Shown: one piece after another, positions 29,564 through 39,869 of the stretch
Position numbering within the stretch: the stretch's first letter is position 1
Layout: each line of letters starts with the position of its first letter
Origin: an uncultured virus (IMG/VR IMGVR_UViG_3300022700_000138)
Taxonomy: Duplodnaviria > Heunggongvirae > Uroviricota > Caudoviricetes
IMG/VR virus record: IMGVR_UViG_3300022700_000138
DNA length: 64,000 bases
Reading direction: 5' to 3' (one strand)
Notes under the pieces: model-generated
The model's database searches: none
Told to the model about the DNA's origin: nothing
What the model saw: the letters and a program-made list of their open reading frames with translations, nothing else
Position numbers and translations under genes: made by a program

Positions 29564-32500
29564 ATGGCAGAGTTCTGGATTCGAAATACTACCGCCAGTG
29601 AGTACACGGTCGACGATCTTGGGCTTAGTCTACCCGCAGCCGGCGAAATAGACCTACATGTCCATTATTTTTTCGAGGCTATCAGGGCTAGCGAAGATCT
29701 GGATACAGCATTATCCTCTGGAGATTTGGTCCGCCTAACCGGGGAAGGGGGATCCGTTGTACCATACTCAGAGACCTATGACGACATCGTACTGGCGCAC
29801 AAAATAAATGGTGATGGTCACTTTGGTGCTCTGAGCACAGACGAAGTGATGGAAGGGAGTAACCTTTATTACACTGAAAATAGGGTATCCGACAATACTG
29901 ATGTAGCAGCCAACATCTCCCATAGGAATTCGACCGCAAATCCTCACTCCACGGATTTGGGAAACCTTGGTAGTGGTACACTTGCAGAGCTAAACTCAGT
30001 GGTAGCCGACGCCACTTTAGACGATTCGGGTGCCTCTAGGACACCAACAGGCCATGCCGGTACACATAACGGAGACGGAAGCGATCCGATCGCGACCGCT
30101 ACTGACTCGGTTGCAGGCCTTCTATCGTCTACTGACAAAGCTAAACTGGATGATGTCACCCTGGGCAATCTGTCCAGGGAAGTTTATAACGAATCTGGAT
30201 CTCAAATTGACGCTGGAAAACTAGTGGCAGTAGTTGGATGGAATTCTACCGAAGATCTACCTACCATCGATCTTGCCGATAAAGATACCCCAGGTTTAAG
30301 ACCTGCCTCTGGTATCTCCTTAAATAGCATACCGAACGATAGTAATGGCGAAATTCTTATAACTGGTACTTACAGCCCTATTGATACAAGTGCTTGGTCC
30401 GTAAACGATCAATTAGTTCTCGGGAACAATGGAGACCTATCTAGACCTCCTCCAGGCACCGATCCGTTCACAGGGGAGGTGCAAACGGTAGGCCACGTAG
30501 TCGGCGTCGGTGCGAGTGCTGGATCTATAATTTATGCGTCAGACGGGCTCAATATAGTAACCGCTTCACAGAGATTTGCACTTGAAGGATCTGACGGGAC
30601 CCCGTCAAAAACTAATCCATATGTTACGCATTCTGACGATCGACTGAGGAAGCCACAAAACTACCTGCGCGTCTCCCCCTCTGGTGGAGATTACACCTCC
30701 ATAAAATCAGCGGTTGACTATGCTGTGAGTCAAGGAGGCACCTGGGAGATCATTGTATTCCCAGGTACTTATAATGAAGATCCCATGACCATCCAGTCTG
30801 GGATAACTATTAGTACCCATACGGCCAACCGTATGGATATCGCTACTGTCGTAGCGAATAACTCCGCAGAGGATCTGTTCACCTGTACCGGCGGTTATAT
30901 TGGGGGTTTAGAAGTCACTGGTGTCACTGATGCTTCAAAAGCGCTGTTCAGGATGAGTACCTCTGGCAGCCTTACCACTTTACATGGAGTATCTGTTTAT
31001 GGTTGTTCGACGGGAATCGAAATATCGAATGGAGCTAGAGTTGTAGCTACTGATTTTTCTATTAACATTGCTACTACTGGGGCTGAAGTTACTACCGGAA
31101 TTAGTGTTAGTGGCAATGACTCCTACTTTGGGTGTGTTGGAGCATTCTTCTCAGTTCCATCTGCGCTGATCCCCGCCTATGCTGTCAACCCAGTTCAAAC
31201 TGCCGTGTCTTGCTCTGGATCTGGTTCCGAGGTCTATGTCGTTGGCGCCACTTTTAGAATTGCGAACAAGGACACCACTGCCGATACCCTCGTCGCAGAT
31301 GATGGGTGCAGGTTTATATTATTGTCGTCTGAAGTATCTGAGTGTTATAGGGGTGCTAGAATTGGATCTAGTGGGTCCGATACTACTTTCGTGATAAATG
31401 GGTGTGCTTTCTTCGATAACACAATAAATGGGCAGTCTGACAGCTCTACTGGCGTGTTCTTGGTAAACGCTGCCAGCGACGAGTTCAAATGGAGTGCAGT
31501 TTCCGGGTCTGTACTGTCGGGGGTGGTCCAGGCTCTGAATTTTGACAGAACCTTCCTATCTGGTGATCTGAGCTACTGGTTTACAAGTCAAAAGGCCATG
31601 GCTCTAGAAAACTGGTTCCATGACCAGACGTCCACTGGTATTAGTGATATAAATGAAGGTATTGTAACAGATGGTGGCGGCTTAACCGTGGACGTGTCTC
31701 CCGGCCACGGATGGATAACCAGAAATTCTCCAAATAATGATTCGTTCGACGTATCGTGGAGCGCGGTGACCGGAGTATCCTTAACAGCTAATTCTTCTAA
31801 CTATGTTGGCTATGATTCTGTTTCGGAATCTATCACGTCTGTCACTTCTATTCCCGGCCCCACCACTTTACAACTGGCTATAGTCGAAACAAGTGCAATG
31901 TCCGTTAGGTTCATACATCAACGTAGAAACCTGGTACATGATTTTGACGCAAGGCTGCAAGATTATCTCGCTACAACCCGACGAATAGTGCTCAAATCTG
32001 GATTGGCGGTAACCACAGGGAGTGTGGTCACAAAGTTTGAGGTAACTAGTGGAGACTACTATAATTCACTGGACGTAATTGATTACGTTGGCAGCGGCGG
32101 TGACGCGACCTTCTCCTATTTTTATGGGTTTAATGGCGCTAATGAGATAGGCAGCCAGACCGACGTAGATACCAGCAATTACGATAATTCTGGTACTCTT
32201 ACGGCGATGACTGTGGGCTATTATAGATCGGACACCGTAATACTTACTTCTGATGGTCGTGTCTCTGTTATTTACGGAACGGCAGAATATTCAACACAAA
32301 GCGCAGCAGAGGCGGCTTCTTTACCAACCCAGCCGACATTTATTGAATCCAGCGGTATATATTTGTCCAGGTTGATTGTCCAAGAGGGCAATGGGATAGT
32401 AGAGTTTGTAGATGAGCGTCCAGTTGGTCAACCGGCTGGAGCCGGGGGAACGGCGATTACAGTACACGGCAATTTGGCTGGATTAAGCGCCGACGATCAC

Positions 32501-33988
32501 CCCCAATATCTACCAGTCAATGGCACCAGATCGATGGGGGGAAGTCTCGATATGGGGGGCAACAACGTCTCCAATGTTGGGACTGTTGACGGGATAACAG
32601 TATCCTCCCATTCCGCAAGGCACAATCCTGGTGGTTCCGATGCTATAACTACAGGGACTCCGGTTTCTGTCCAGGTTGGGGCCTCTCCGTCTGAGGGAAC
32701 TAATAATGCGTTTTCCCGGTCGGATCACCAGCATGGAATCACGACCGGCACTCCTGTCGATGTTGCTAATTCAAATTCCTCAGGTTCCGCGTCTTCAGTA
32801 TCTAGGTCTGATCACGTTCATGCGGGGCTTGATCGTAACGCAAACGATTTCAATACCTTCACAGAAAAGACATCAGCGACTTCGACTGACCTACTCTTGA
32901 TCGAAGATAGTATGGGTGGTGGTGCCAAAAAGAATCTAGAATTTGGGACTCTCGAAGGATCACTTAACCACCTTAACATCCAGAATATCGGAACCAATAC
33001 CCACGCACAAATCGATAGCCACATTGCGGACATATCGAACCCACACAGCGTCACGAAAGCGCAGGTAGGCCTGGGCAATGTGACAAATGACGCTCAGGTC
33101 AAAAAGGGTCCCAGTTCTACCAATGATGCGATTCCGAGGTGGGACGGTACCACCGGTGACTTGCTTCAAGATTCTGGTGTCATCATAGATGACAACGATC
33201 GAACCACCTGGCCCGACAGTGGGGCATCTAAGCTGCTTGTCGTAGATCCACCAAACGATCAAGTGGTAATCGGGCCGGACTCCGCGGAGCCAACCTACAG
33301 AGTTACCCTGCGCGGCCCATCGTCAGTAAATGGAATTTTTGCGCAAATAGCCGGGGACGCCGGCACTAGTCCACTGCACATAGAGAATCATGATGGGTCG
33401 ACCCAATTATTACACCTAGACGCGAATACCGGCAGGCTCGGTCTAGGAACTATCCTGCCGTCCTATGGCGTGTCTAATAGTTTACCATCCGGGGACTCGG
33501 CGGACTATGATACTAAATACGGACTATACCGAATCGGCGGCAATCGTGCAAATGATGCAGTAACAGTATATGATTCCCTCGGAAATCAGACGTTTACAGG
33601 GATTACTCAACTCAATCTGGATTCAACTACAGTCATAGGAGATATATACACCCTAAATATCGATGAAATACAGATAAACGTGACCGGAAGATACTTAATA
33701 TCGTATCAGGTTACCTTAGACATTTCCAGTGGTACTAGTAGAACGTCTAGCTTCGCTGGTTTGTATATTGACCCGGATGGTAGTGGTACATACTCATTGC
33801 AACCCGAAACCAAAAGTTATGGATATCACCGGAACAGTTCCAATGGAATTATGACGTTTGGTGCCACAGTAGTAAAGGATTTGACTAGCAATAATAGATT
33901 GGTTTTGGGGGCGACTAGACTCTCTGGATTCTCGGTACTATCCACCGTGGCAGATGCTACGAGGCTTACAATACAAAGGTTGTCGTAA
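29564..33988 (+). CDS. Very long multi-domain fibre/tailspike protein
   Basis: ATG 29564; cement-like domain, VSPSGGDYTSIKSAVD pectin-lyase-like beta-helix start, RSDHxH and NPHSVTKAQVGLGNVTND fibre motifs, C1q-like C-terminus. Confidence 0.7.
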   Translation: MAEFWIRNTTASEYTVDDLGLSLPAAGEIDLHVHYFFEAIRASEDLDTALSSGDLVRLTGEGGSVVPYSETYDDIVLAHKINGDGHFGALSTDEVMEGSNLYYTENRVSDNTDVAANISHRNSTANPHSTDLGNLGSGTLAELNSVVADATLDDSGASRTPTGHAGTHNGDGSDPIATATDSVAGLLSSTDKAKLDDVTLGNLSREVYNESGSQIDAGKLVAVVGWNSTEDLPTIDLADKDTPGLRPASGISLNSIPNDSNGEILITGTYSPIDTSAWSVNDQLVLGNNGDLSRPPPGTDPFTGEVQTVGHVVGVGASAGSIIYASDGLNIVTASQRFALEGSDGTPSKTNPYVTHSDDRLRKPQNYLRVSPSGGDYTSIKSAVDYAVSQGGTWEIIVFPGTYNEDPMTIQSGITISTHTANRMDIATVVANNSAEDLFTCTGGYIGGLEVTGVTDASKALFRMSTSGSLTTLHGVSVYGCSTGIEISNGARVVATDFSINIATTGAEVTTGISVSGNDSYFGCVGAFFSVPSALIPAYAVNPVQTAVSCSGSGSEVYVVGATFRIANKDTTADTLVADDGCRFILLSSEVSECYRGARIGSSGSDTTFVINGCAFFDNTINGQSDSSTGVFLVNAASDEFKWSAVSGSVLSGVVQALNFDRTFLSGDLSYWFTSQKAMALENWFHDQTSTGISDINEGIVTDGGGLTVDVSPGHGWITRNSPNNDSFDVSWSAVTGVSLTANSSNYVGYDSVSESITSVTSIPGPTTLQLAIVETSAMSVRFIHQRRNLVHDFDARLQDYLATTRRIVLKSGLAVTTGSVVTKFEVTSGDYYNSLDVIDYVGSGGDATFSYFYGFNGANEIGSQTDVDTSNYDNSGTLTAMTVGYYRSDTVILTSDGRVSVIYGTAEYSTQSAAEAASLPTQPTFIESSGIYLSRLIVQEGNGIVEFVDERPVGQPAGAGGTAITVHGNLAGLSADDHPQYLPVNGTRSMGGSLDMGGNNVSNVGTVDGITVSSHSARHNPGGSDAITTGTPVSVQVGASPSEGTNNAFSRSDHQHGITTGTPVDVANSNSSGSASSVSRSDHVHAGLDRNANDFNTFTEKTSATSTDLLLIEDSMGGGAKKNLEFGTLEGSLNHLNIQNIGTNTHAQIDSHIADISNPHSVTKAQVGLGNVTNDAQVKKGPSSTNDAIPRWDGTTGDLLQDSGVIIDDNDRTTWPDSGASKLLVVDPPNDQVVIGPDSAEPTYRVTLRGPSSVNGIFAQIAGDAGTSPLHIENHDGSTQLLHLDANTGRLGLGTILPSYGVSNSLPSGDSADYDTKYGLYRIGGNRANDAVTVYDSLGNQTFTGITQLNLDSTTVIGDIYTLNIDEIQINVTGRYLISYQVTLDISSGTSRTSSFAGLYIDPDGSGTYSLQPETKSYGYHRNSSNGIMTFGATVVKDLTSNNRLVLGATRLSGFSVLSTVADATRLTIQRLS

Positions 33989-34635
33989 TGATTGGTCCAG
34001 GAACTAAATACACTTACTCTATTTCTACCGACTTTCCTTTAGGAAGGTTAGACGTTGGTAGACTGGACGAAGAAATTTCAAATAGTAGTTTGGGTCCGTT
34101 GTTTGATGGCGTGTCCAAAAGAGATGATGTTTGTGCGGTTATGTTCACCTCGGATCTCAGTTCTGTGCAAAAAGAGGTTTTGGATGGAAACGTATCTCCA
34201 CCATCGGGATCAAGTTTGATCGGTAACCATACTGGTGAACCCATTGAATCGGAATCTGTGTGGATAGTGGAACAGGAAAAGACTATTGAAACCTCTAGTA
34301 CCAATTACATAACGGCACTAAAGTTAAATACTGATTCCCTGCCCGCTGGATCATATTATTTGCACTGGGGATTTAATCTATCCGGGAATAGGTATAACGG
34401 GGAATTGAAATACAAAGTGATGTTAGACGGCGAGACCGCGCTTATAGAAGACAGTATGCTTCCACCTATATGTTATAGAGGAAGATTTTGGACCGGTGGA
34501 TCCAATGATATCAGTTATTTCAAAAAGCTGGAACTGCTTGCAGGGGCGCATTCAATATCTATTCACATTGCGTCGTCATCAAAATCACAAACTGCAATCT
34601 TCAAACATGGTAGGATAGAGTTAACTCAGGTATAG
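33988..34635 (+). CDS. Putative virion/fibre-associated protein
   Basis: N-terminus TKYTYSISTDFPLGRLDVGRL paralogous to the next gene. Confidence 0.55.
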   Translation: MIGPGTKYTYSISTDFPLGRLDVGRLDEEISNSSLGPLFDGVSKRDDVCAVMFTSDLSSVQKEVLDGNVSPPSGSSLIGNHTGEPIESESVWIVEQEKTIETSSTNYITALKLNTDSLPAGSYYLHWGFNLSGNRYNGELKYKVMLDGETALIEDSMLPPICYRGRFWTGGSNDISYFKKLELLAGAHSISIHIASSSKSQTAIFKHGRIELTQV

Positions 34636-34648
34636 TAAGGGTGACTAC

Positions 34649-35731
34649 ATGGCTGAAACTAAATATACATATGTCGTCTCGACCGATTTCCCAAATGGGA
34701 AGGTGGACATTGGACGTCTTACTCAAGAAATAGACAATAGCGGTATTGTCACGAAGCTGGCCAATAACGGAATTACTGTGGATGGTGCCGACTGCAATAT
34801 CTGGTTCATGGCACCTCTTAGTGGCGATGACCAGACCAGCCTTAATTCTATAGTAAATAGCCATAGCGGAGAGCCCTTACACCCTGAGAACGTACCGGTA
34901 GAAGTTGCAAATGCTGCTTCTACCGATTCTCACAATCGGACTATTACAGTACCAGAACCAGAAACTGACCGCAAGATGGTCAACATTGCAACTCATAATT
35001 TTTGCGACAAAACTACTTGGTGGCAGCAAGCATCACCTATTGTGCATGAGGAGCTGATTGACTCAGGCGATGGTCTTACCTTCAGTTCTGTAAATACTCA
35101 TTGGATTGATCTTACTCATGGAAAATTCTATCTCGAAGATAGAATAACGAATAGGGATTCATACATTCCGGTTGTCAAGGTAGATGGCGTAACGATGACT
35201 GAGCGTGCGCCGTTTGATACGTCTGGTGGCGATTACGTTGTTGACTATGCCGCTGGTACGGTAACCTTTGCCTCCTCTCAGTCAGGTAAAACTGTTACCG
35301 CGTCTTACTACTTTGCCGGAAGCAGCTTGTTTACCTTGGCACCAGATGCTGGCAAGGTTCTGTGGGTTAGAGATTCGGAAGTCCAGTTTTCAGTAGACGT
35401 TGAAATGCTGTCTACTCTAAACTTTCAGGCGTTCGCATACGATCCTAACGACATACCTAATAAGATCGCCGTATCTCAAAAAACCAATTACAAGACTATT
35501 CGAAATTTTGTTGAGGAGGCAAAAGGAGTCTACCCCAAGGTGCCGGCCTTGAGTGCATCTGGTCCAAGAGGTTTGGCTCAAGAGCACGTGGTGTTTCCTT
35601 TCAGGTACACACAAGTCAAAGCCTTGTACAGTAGTCAAGGAGTTGAAATCAAGCTGTGGCTTGATGAAGATGTGGAGTTTGGTGGCGAGTTTGGAACCGC
35701 GACGTTCTACTGCTCAAGCTATGACGAATAG
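34649..35731 (+). CDS. Putative virion protein
   Basis: N-terminus TKYTYVVSTDFPNGKVDIGRL; DYVVDYAAGTVTF motif. Confidence 0.55.
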   Translation: MAETKYTYVVSTDFPNGKVDIGRLTQEIDNSGIVTKLANNGITVDGADCNIWFMAPLSGDDQTSLNSIVNSHSGEPLHPENVPVEVANAASTDSHNRTITVPEPETDRKMVNIATHNFCDKTTWWQQASPIVHEELIDSGDGLTFSSVNTHWIDLTHGKFYLEDRITNRDSYIPVVKVDGVTMTERAPFDTSGGDYVVDYAAGTVTFASSQSGKTVTASYYFAGSSLFTLAPDAGKVLWVRDSEVQFSVDVEMLSTLNFQAFAYDPNDIPNKIAVSQKTNYKTIRNFVEEAKGVYPKVPALSASGPRGLAQEHVVFPFRYTQVKALYSSQGVEIKLWLDEDVEFGGEFGTATFYCSSYDE

Positions 35732-35735
35732 TAAT

Positions 35736-36413
35736 ATGAGGATAATACTGAATTCTACAGATCGAACCAAGTGCGTAATGGTTCTATCCGACCTACATAT
35801 AGGTGATCCAAGGCAGTCCGATGCTAAAATAGATCGTATTGTTGAAACCATAGAAACAAACAGACCAGATATACTAGTGCTAAACGGAGATACAATCGAG
35901 TGCGACCTAGCTACTAGAGATCAAATGTACAAACTAATAGATGTGTGCTCTAATATAGACAAGGTAATTGTACTTGAAGGAAATCACGACACAAAGAAAA
36001 CTAAATACCTAGCGTATACGATTGGAGCTACGTACGGGAGCGTTCTGGCAGGGTACTCTCTGGCTAGTTCTTATATAGTAGAACACGGATCTAGGTTTGA
36101 CTCATGGTGGGTAAGATTTCCTATCTCAGGATGGTCCGCGATATTATTCAATAGACTGATATACAATATCAGTAACTTTGACGTACAAAAATGGCTAAGA
36201 GGATTTGGCGGCATTAATAAAAAGTTGGAAAAGCAACATAAGATAGCACGCAAAGCATGGCCAGATAAGAATATTGTTATAACAGGACATACACATATAC
36301 CAACTGGTAACAATGTACGCGGGAAAGGATATTTTAATTCTGGTGATTGGATCTATCACAAATCTTATGTAATTATACATAATGGGAAGGCCAGGTTGGA
36401 GAATGCAGGATGA
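35736..36413 (+). CDS. Calcineurin-like metallophosphoesterase, LpxH/YbbF-like
   Basis: SDLH, NGD, GNHD, HG, GHTH and NSGDW motifs; ATG 35736 follows the previous stop. Confidence 0.8.
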   Translation: MRIILNSTDRTKCVMVLSDLHIGDPRQSDAKIDRIVETIETNRPDILVLNGDTIECDLATRDQMYKLIDVCSNIDKVIVLEGNHDTKKTKYLAYTIGATYGSVLAGYSLASSYIVEHGSRFDSWWVRFPISGWSAILFNRLIYNISNFDVQKWLRGFGGINKKLEKQHKIARKAWPDKNIVITGHTHIPTGNNVRGKGYFNSGDWIYHKSYVIIHNGKARLENAG

Positions 36414-36922
36414 CAAACGAAGTTATCGTAGGGTTTAGTACTACCGACAAACTTATGTCTCGTATAATAAGATGGATTACCAGAGGAAAGAGCAGTCACG
36501 CTTGGCTACGTTACTGGGACGATACTCTGCAGCTTCATATGGTTCTGCAAGCTGAACTACACGGGTATGAAACTATACCGTGGGATAAATGGAAATCTAA
36601 GAACAGGTTAATTGCTGCGTTCGAACCCAATGGTAAAAATATAACTAACGGAGTACGCTTCATAGCCAAAAGCCTTGGTGCCGACTATGACTTTAGGAGC
36701 GCGGTATGGACCGGATTGAAGAGATGGTTCAGGAAGAAAAGTAAGAGGGCACTTCATTCACCGAAAAAGCTAATGTGCTCTGAGGCAGTGGTACGAGCAC
36801 TACAACATTCCGGAATAGAATGTGTAGCCAACTTCGATCCCGAAACAACATCTCCTGTAGAGATATACACAGCGCTTAATAATAGCCAGGAGTTCATCCT
36901 CAAAGATCTGGGAGACGCTTAG
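36410..36922 (+). CDS. Permuted papain-like NlpC/P60 enzyme (YiiX/YebB-like)
   Basis: SHAW near the N-terminus, GADYDF, LMCSEAV: His before Cys. Confidence 0.75.
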   Translation: MTNEVIVGFSTTDKLMSRIIRWITRGKSSHAWLRYWDDTLQLHMVLQAELHGYETIPWDKWKSKNRLIAAFEPNGKNITNGVRFIAKSLGADYDFRSAVWTGLKRWFRKKSKRALHSPKKLMCSEAVVRALQHSGIECVANFDPETTSPVEIYTALNNSQEFILKDLGDA

Positions 36923-36924
36923 TT

Positions 36925-37854
36925 ATGGAATACGGACATAGCGAGGTTATATGGGCCAGTCTTACACTCTTGTTTATACTAGGGGTGTACTTATCTACTA
37001 AGGTCATACGGAAAAGTGAGAAAAACCCAGCAGCCACTTGGGCACAGCGTCATGTACTTATTACCTTTATACTGTCATTTGTTCTACCTTTAGCAGCAGG
37101 CGTAGCGCTAATAAACACAGTATTTGGGCAGAAAAGACGTGACAGAATTAAAGTAAGCTCAGTTAATAGTGTATCTAAGCAACAGGGCATAAAGTTTTTA
37201 TCTGAGTCATCTACGCCGCTAGAATTACAAGCCGCATATTTGTACGAACCGGTCGTGAAAGTTATTGTAACAGATGACCCCGAAAATGTCAGTATAAAAG
37301 CGTTGAATGCCTGCGACACCAATCAACTTACGCTCGCCCGTGGAACAGAAGTGGAGTGTACTGATAATATACCTGTTAGCCTCAAGGTGTGGATACAAGA
37401 TGCAAAGCTACATAAGAAACGAGAGATAAAAAACTACGTAAAACGCAGTGTAAGTACAGACCGTTTGTATCAACAACCAAATAAGTTAGACCTAACCCCA
37501 CAAAAGCAGTCGTTCCTTGTTATACCAACACATAACGGCAAAGATAAAAAGGTATCAGTAGTAGACGGATATGCAGAGCTTATTTACTTCTTAGTACTAG
37601 TTCTTGGGGTATTAAGTAAGTATTTTTGGGATTACCACGAAGAGCGCAAAAAGGGCGAAAAGAAGATACAATTCGACCCGATTCTAATACTCAAAAGTTT
37701 TATAATTGCCATGTTAGTGTACTACGTCGTTCAGGGTCTATTGGATAATGAATCGGGTAAACTTTCCTGGGGCGGTGTGCTACTCGCCTATAACAACGGG
37801 TTTACTTGGCAGACTATTCTTACCACAGTAGCTGCTAGTGACAAGAGTCGATAA
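36925..37854 (+). CDS. Multi-pass membrane protein
   Basis: Two N-terminal and about three C-terminal hydrophobic helices. Confidence 0.6.
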   Translation: MEYGHSEVIWASLTLLFILGVYLSTKVIRKSEKNPAATWAQRHVLITFILSFVLPLAAGVALINTVFGQKRRDRIKVSSVNSVSKQQGIKFLSESSTPLELQAAYLYEPVVKVIVTDDPENVSIKALNACDTNQLTLARGTEVECTDNIPVSLKVWIQDAKLHKKREIKNYVKRSVSTDRLYQQPNKLDLTPQKQSFLVIPTHNGKDKKVSVVDGYAELIYFLVLVLGVLSKYFWDYHEERKKGEKKIQFDPILILKSFIIAMLVYYVVQGLLDNESGKLSWGGVLLAYNNGFTWQTILTTVAASDKSR

Positions 37855-37887
37855 CCGAGAACTGTAAAACAGTACAGAGGAGAAAAG

Positions 37888-38628
37888 ATGAAAAAGTCCA
37901 GCACAAAACTTGCCGCTATTATCATCGGATTATGGATGCTACTCGGTGTTGCAGCCGAAGCTGGTTCTAAGCCAGCGACAACGCAGCCAGTGACAATGTC
38001 TGCTACATCTGTAATGAGTTCTATGAGTGCAGACGTGCCGGTGAAAACCGATTCTAATATGGCAGCCACAAAACCTGCTACTATGTCTTCCCCACCAATG
38101 GCTGTGATGTCAGCCACAGTTGATTCAAACAGTCAACCCTCCATGAAGGCCAAATCAGGCCCAGACTCGAAAGGTAGTGTTATTGGCGGCTGGCTAATTG
38201 ACCTATTGCTATACCTGCTAGGTATTGCGATCACTGCTATTACTCCGGTACTTACTGCCTGGCTATGGAGAAAGTACAAACTGGACAAGTATATGGAAAA
38301 GAAAACAGTCGACGATATTGTCCTTAAAGGAGTACGTTTCGGTATTGGTAAAGCTGATGAAGCGGCCTACAAACTTAGAGATAATCCAATGCAATCGGCT
38401 GAAAAGCTAGACTTGGCTATCAAAAAAGCAAATGACTACATTCGTGATTCAGGAGTAGCGGAGAAGGGGTCAGAGTACCTAGCCGATCTCATCGAGTCCG
38501 AGCTAGGTAAAACCAGGCCTCCCTCCAACAAAGCCGCAAAAAAGGGCGAAAATTCGGACAGTCTGTCTAATGAGAAGGCGGTTACAAAGGAAGACTCAGA
38601 AGACAAGAGTAAAAGCGGAGACAAGTAG
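37888..38628 (+). CDS. LL-H-like holin with N-terminal signal peptide and low-complexity linker
   Basis: TM segment followed by DDIVLKGVRFG...AEKLDLAIKKA...LIESEL, resembling LL-H family holins. Confidence 0.5.
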   Translation: MKKSSTKLAAIIIGLWMLLGVAAEAGSKPATTQPVTMSATSVMSSMSADVPVKTDSNMAATKPATMSSPPMAVMSATVDSNSQPSMKAKSGPDSKGSVIGGWLIDLLLYLLGIAITAITPVLTAWLWRKYKLDKYMEKKTVDDIVLKGVRFGIGKADEAAYKLRDNPMQSAEKLDLAIKKANDYIRDSGVAEKGSEYLADLIESELGKTRPPSNKAAKKGENSDSLSNEKAVTKEDSEDKSKSGDK

Positions 38629-38658
38629 TTGTAATTTTTGACGACTACATGTAGTGTG

Positions 38659-38698
38659 GTGAAGGAGAGTGTATACAACTCTCCTTCACTTGTTTCTG
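38659..38698 (+). terminator. Probable intrinsic terminator
   Basis: 12-bp perfect stem GTGAAGGAGAGT/ACTCTCCTTCAC followed by TTGTTTCT. Confidence 0.7.
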
Positions 38699-38720
38699 AC
38701 CTATGAAATAAGGAATTGAG

Positions 38721-39062
38721 ATGAACGAAAAGCTAACTGAAACGCAAAAAGAAGCTGTAAATAACGCTAAAGGTAGGTCCTCAAAAAAGGTCCTGTGGTG
38801 GACTCTAGGGATAATACTTGTATTGGTTGCTATAGTAACGCTGGTACTAATATTTTACCCTACGGATAAAGACGGGGACAGTCCAGTAAAGGCAATCATA
38901 AAAAAGACCAAAAAGGCAGTTGATGGTGTAGATATAGAAGCCAAAGCACGGGTCGCAGAAGCCGAAGGCGTAGCCAAAGATAAAGTGAACGAAATACGTG
39001 AAACAATGGAGATTGACGATGAAGACGAACGAAACGCGCGTTTGGCTGATCTGCTTCGCTAG
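38721..39062 (+). CDS. i-spanin-like membrane protein
   Basis: Single N-terminal TM plus charged helical tail; overlaps the next gene. Confidence 0.45.
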   Translation: MNEKLTETQKEAVNNAKGRSSKKVLWWTLGIILVLVAIVTLVLIFYPTDKDGDSPVKAIIKKTKKAVDGVDIEAKARVAEAEGVAKDKVNEIRETMEIDDEDERNARLADLLR

Positions 39063-39663
39063 TATAGCTGTATCTATGACGTTGTTGCTGGGATGTACCA
39101 ACAGCAAAAATTTGCCCAAAATACCGACAGCTAGTGAAGCCAGAGCGAGGGTCCTGAAGAACGATAACAGTAACAACAGTTCCGTAAAAGAACCCCTTAG
39201 AGATCCACTTCTGGAAGAGCAGTATTCATTCCTTAAAGGCGGAAAAATAGCGGGCGTAAAGAGAGGCCAACTTATTTGCATTGTGGAAAGTAATAAAGGA
39301 AAGAAGGATGCAAAGAAGGTTTCGGACACTACTACGACTAAAGCCTCAGAATCGGTATCGGATAAGTGTGATAAAAAGGTGGAATGGGGTTCCGTTCTTC
39401 TGAGTCCCAAAAAAGCAGGAGAACTCGCCACAGTTGAGGTACAAAGGAACTTGTTAATCGAAAAGCTACAAGAAGAACGCATAAGAAGGCGTGCTGCTAA
39501 AATAATCTACAACGCTGCTTTGGCACAAGCGGAAGCTAAAGCTAAACGTACCTGGTGGGAAAAGAACAAAGGAATCGTATCAGGGTCTGTGTTTTTTGCC
39601 GTTGGAGTGGCCGCTACGGTAGGTTTGGTCTACGCGCTTAGTGGGGGCGCGGGGGCTAATTAG
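39019..39663 (+). CDS. Spanin-like lipoprotein with C-terminal TM helix
   Basis: Lipobox LLLGC, coiled coil, C-terminal hydrophobic GIVSGSVFFAVGVAATVGLVYAL; ATG 39019 with GGAG SD. Confidence 0.5.
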   Translation: MKTNETRVWLICFASIAVSMTLLLGCTNSKNLPKIPTASEARARVLKNDNSNNSSVKEPLRDPLLEEQYSFLKGGKIAGVKRGQLICIVESNKGKKDAKKVSDTTTTKASESVSDKCDKKVEWGSVLLSPKKAGELATVEVQRNLLIEKLQEERIRRRAAKIIYNAALAQAEAKAKRTWWEKNKGIVSGSVFFAVGVAATVGLVYALSGGAGAN

Positions 39664-39673
39664 AGGTTGAACA

Positions 39674-39862
39674 ATGTATGATGACTCTACGTTACATTGG
39701 GAAAGTTGCTGCAGGGGTAGAATGAGCTGTCCCCAGATAGCTGTATCAAGCGATTTTATCTACATCAAAGATGACTACGGTAATGAAGTGAAAATAGGTA
39801 AAGAATACGCTGATTCACTTATCGAAAAAGTAGCAGAAAGTGTAAGAGGAGCTAACAGGTAA
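39674..39862 (+). CDS. Small hypothetical protein
   Basis: 62 aa, GAGG SD, CC...CP...IKDDYG. Confidence 0.55.
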   Translation: MYDDSTLHWESCCRGRMSCPQIAVSSDFIYIKDDYGNEVKIGKEYADSLIEKVAESVRGANR

Positions 39863-39869
39863 AACGACA

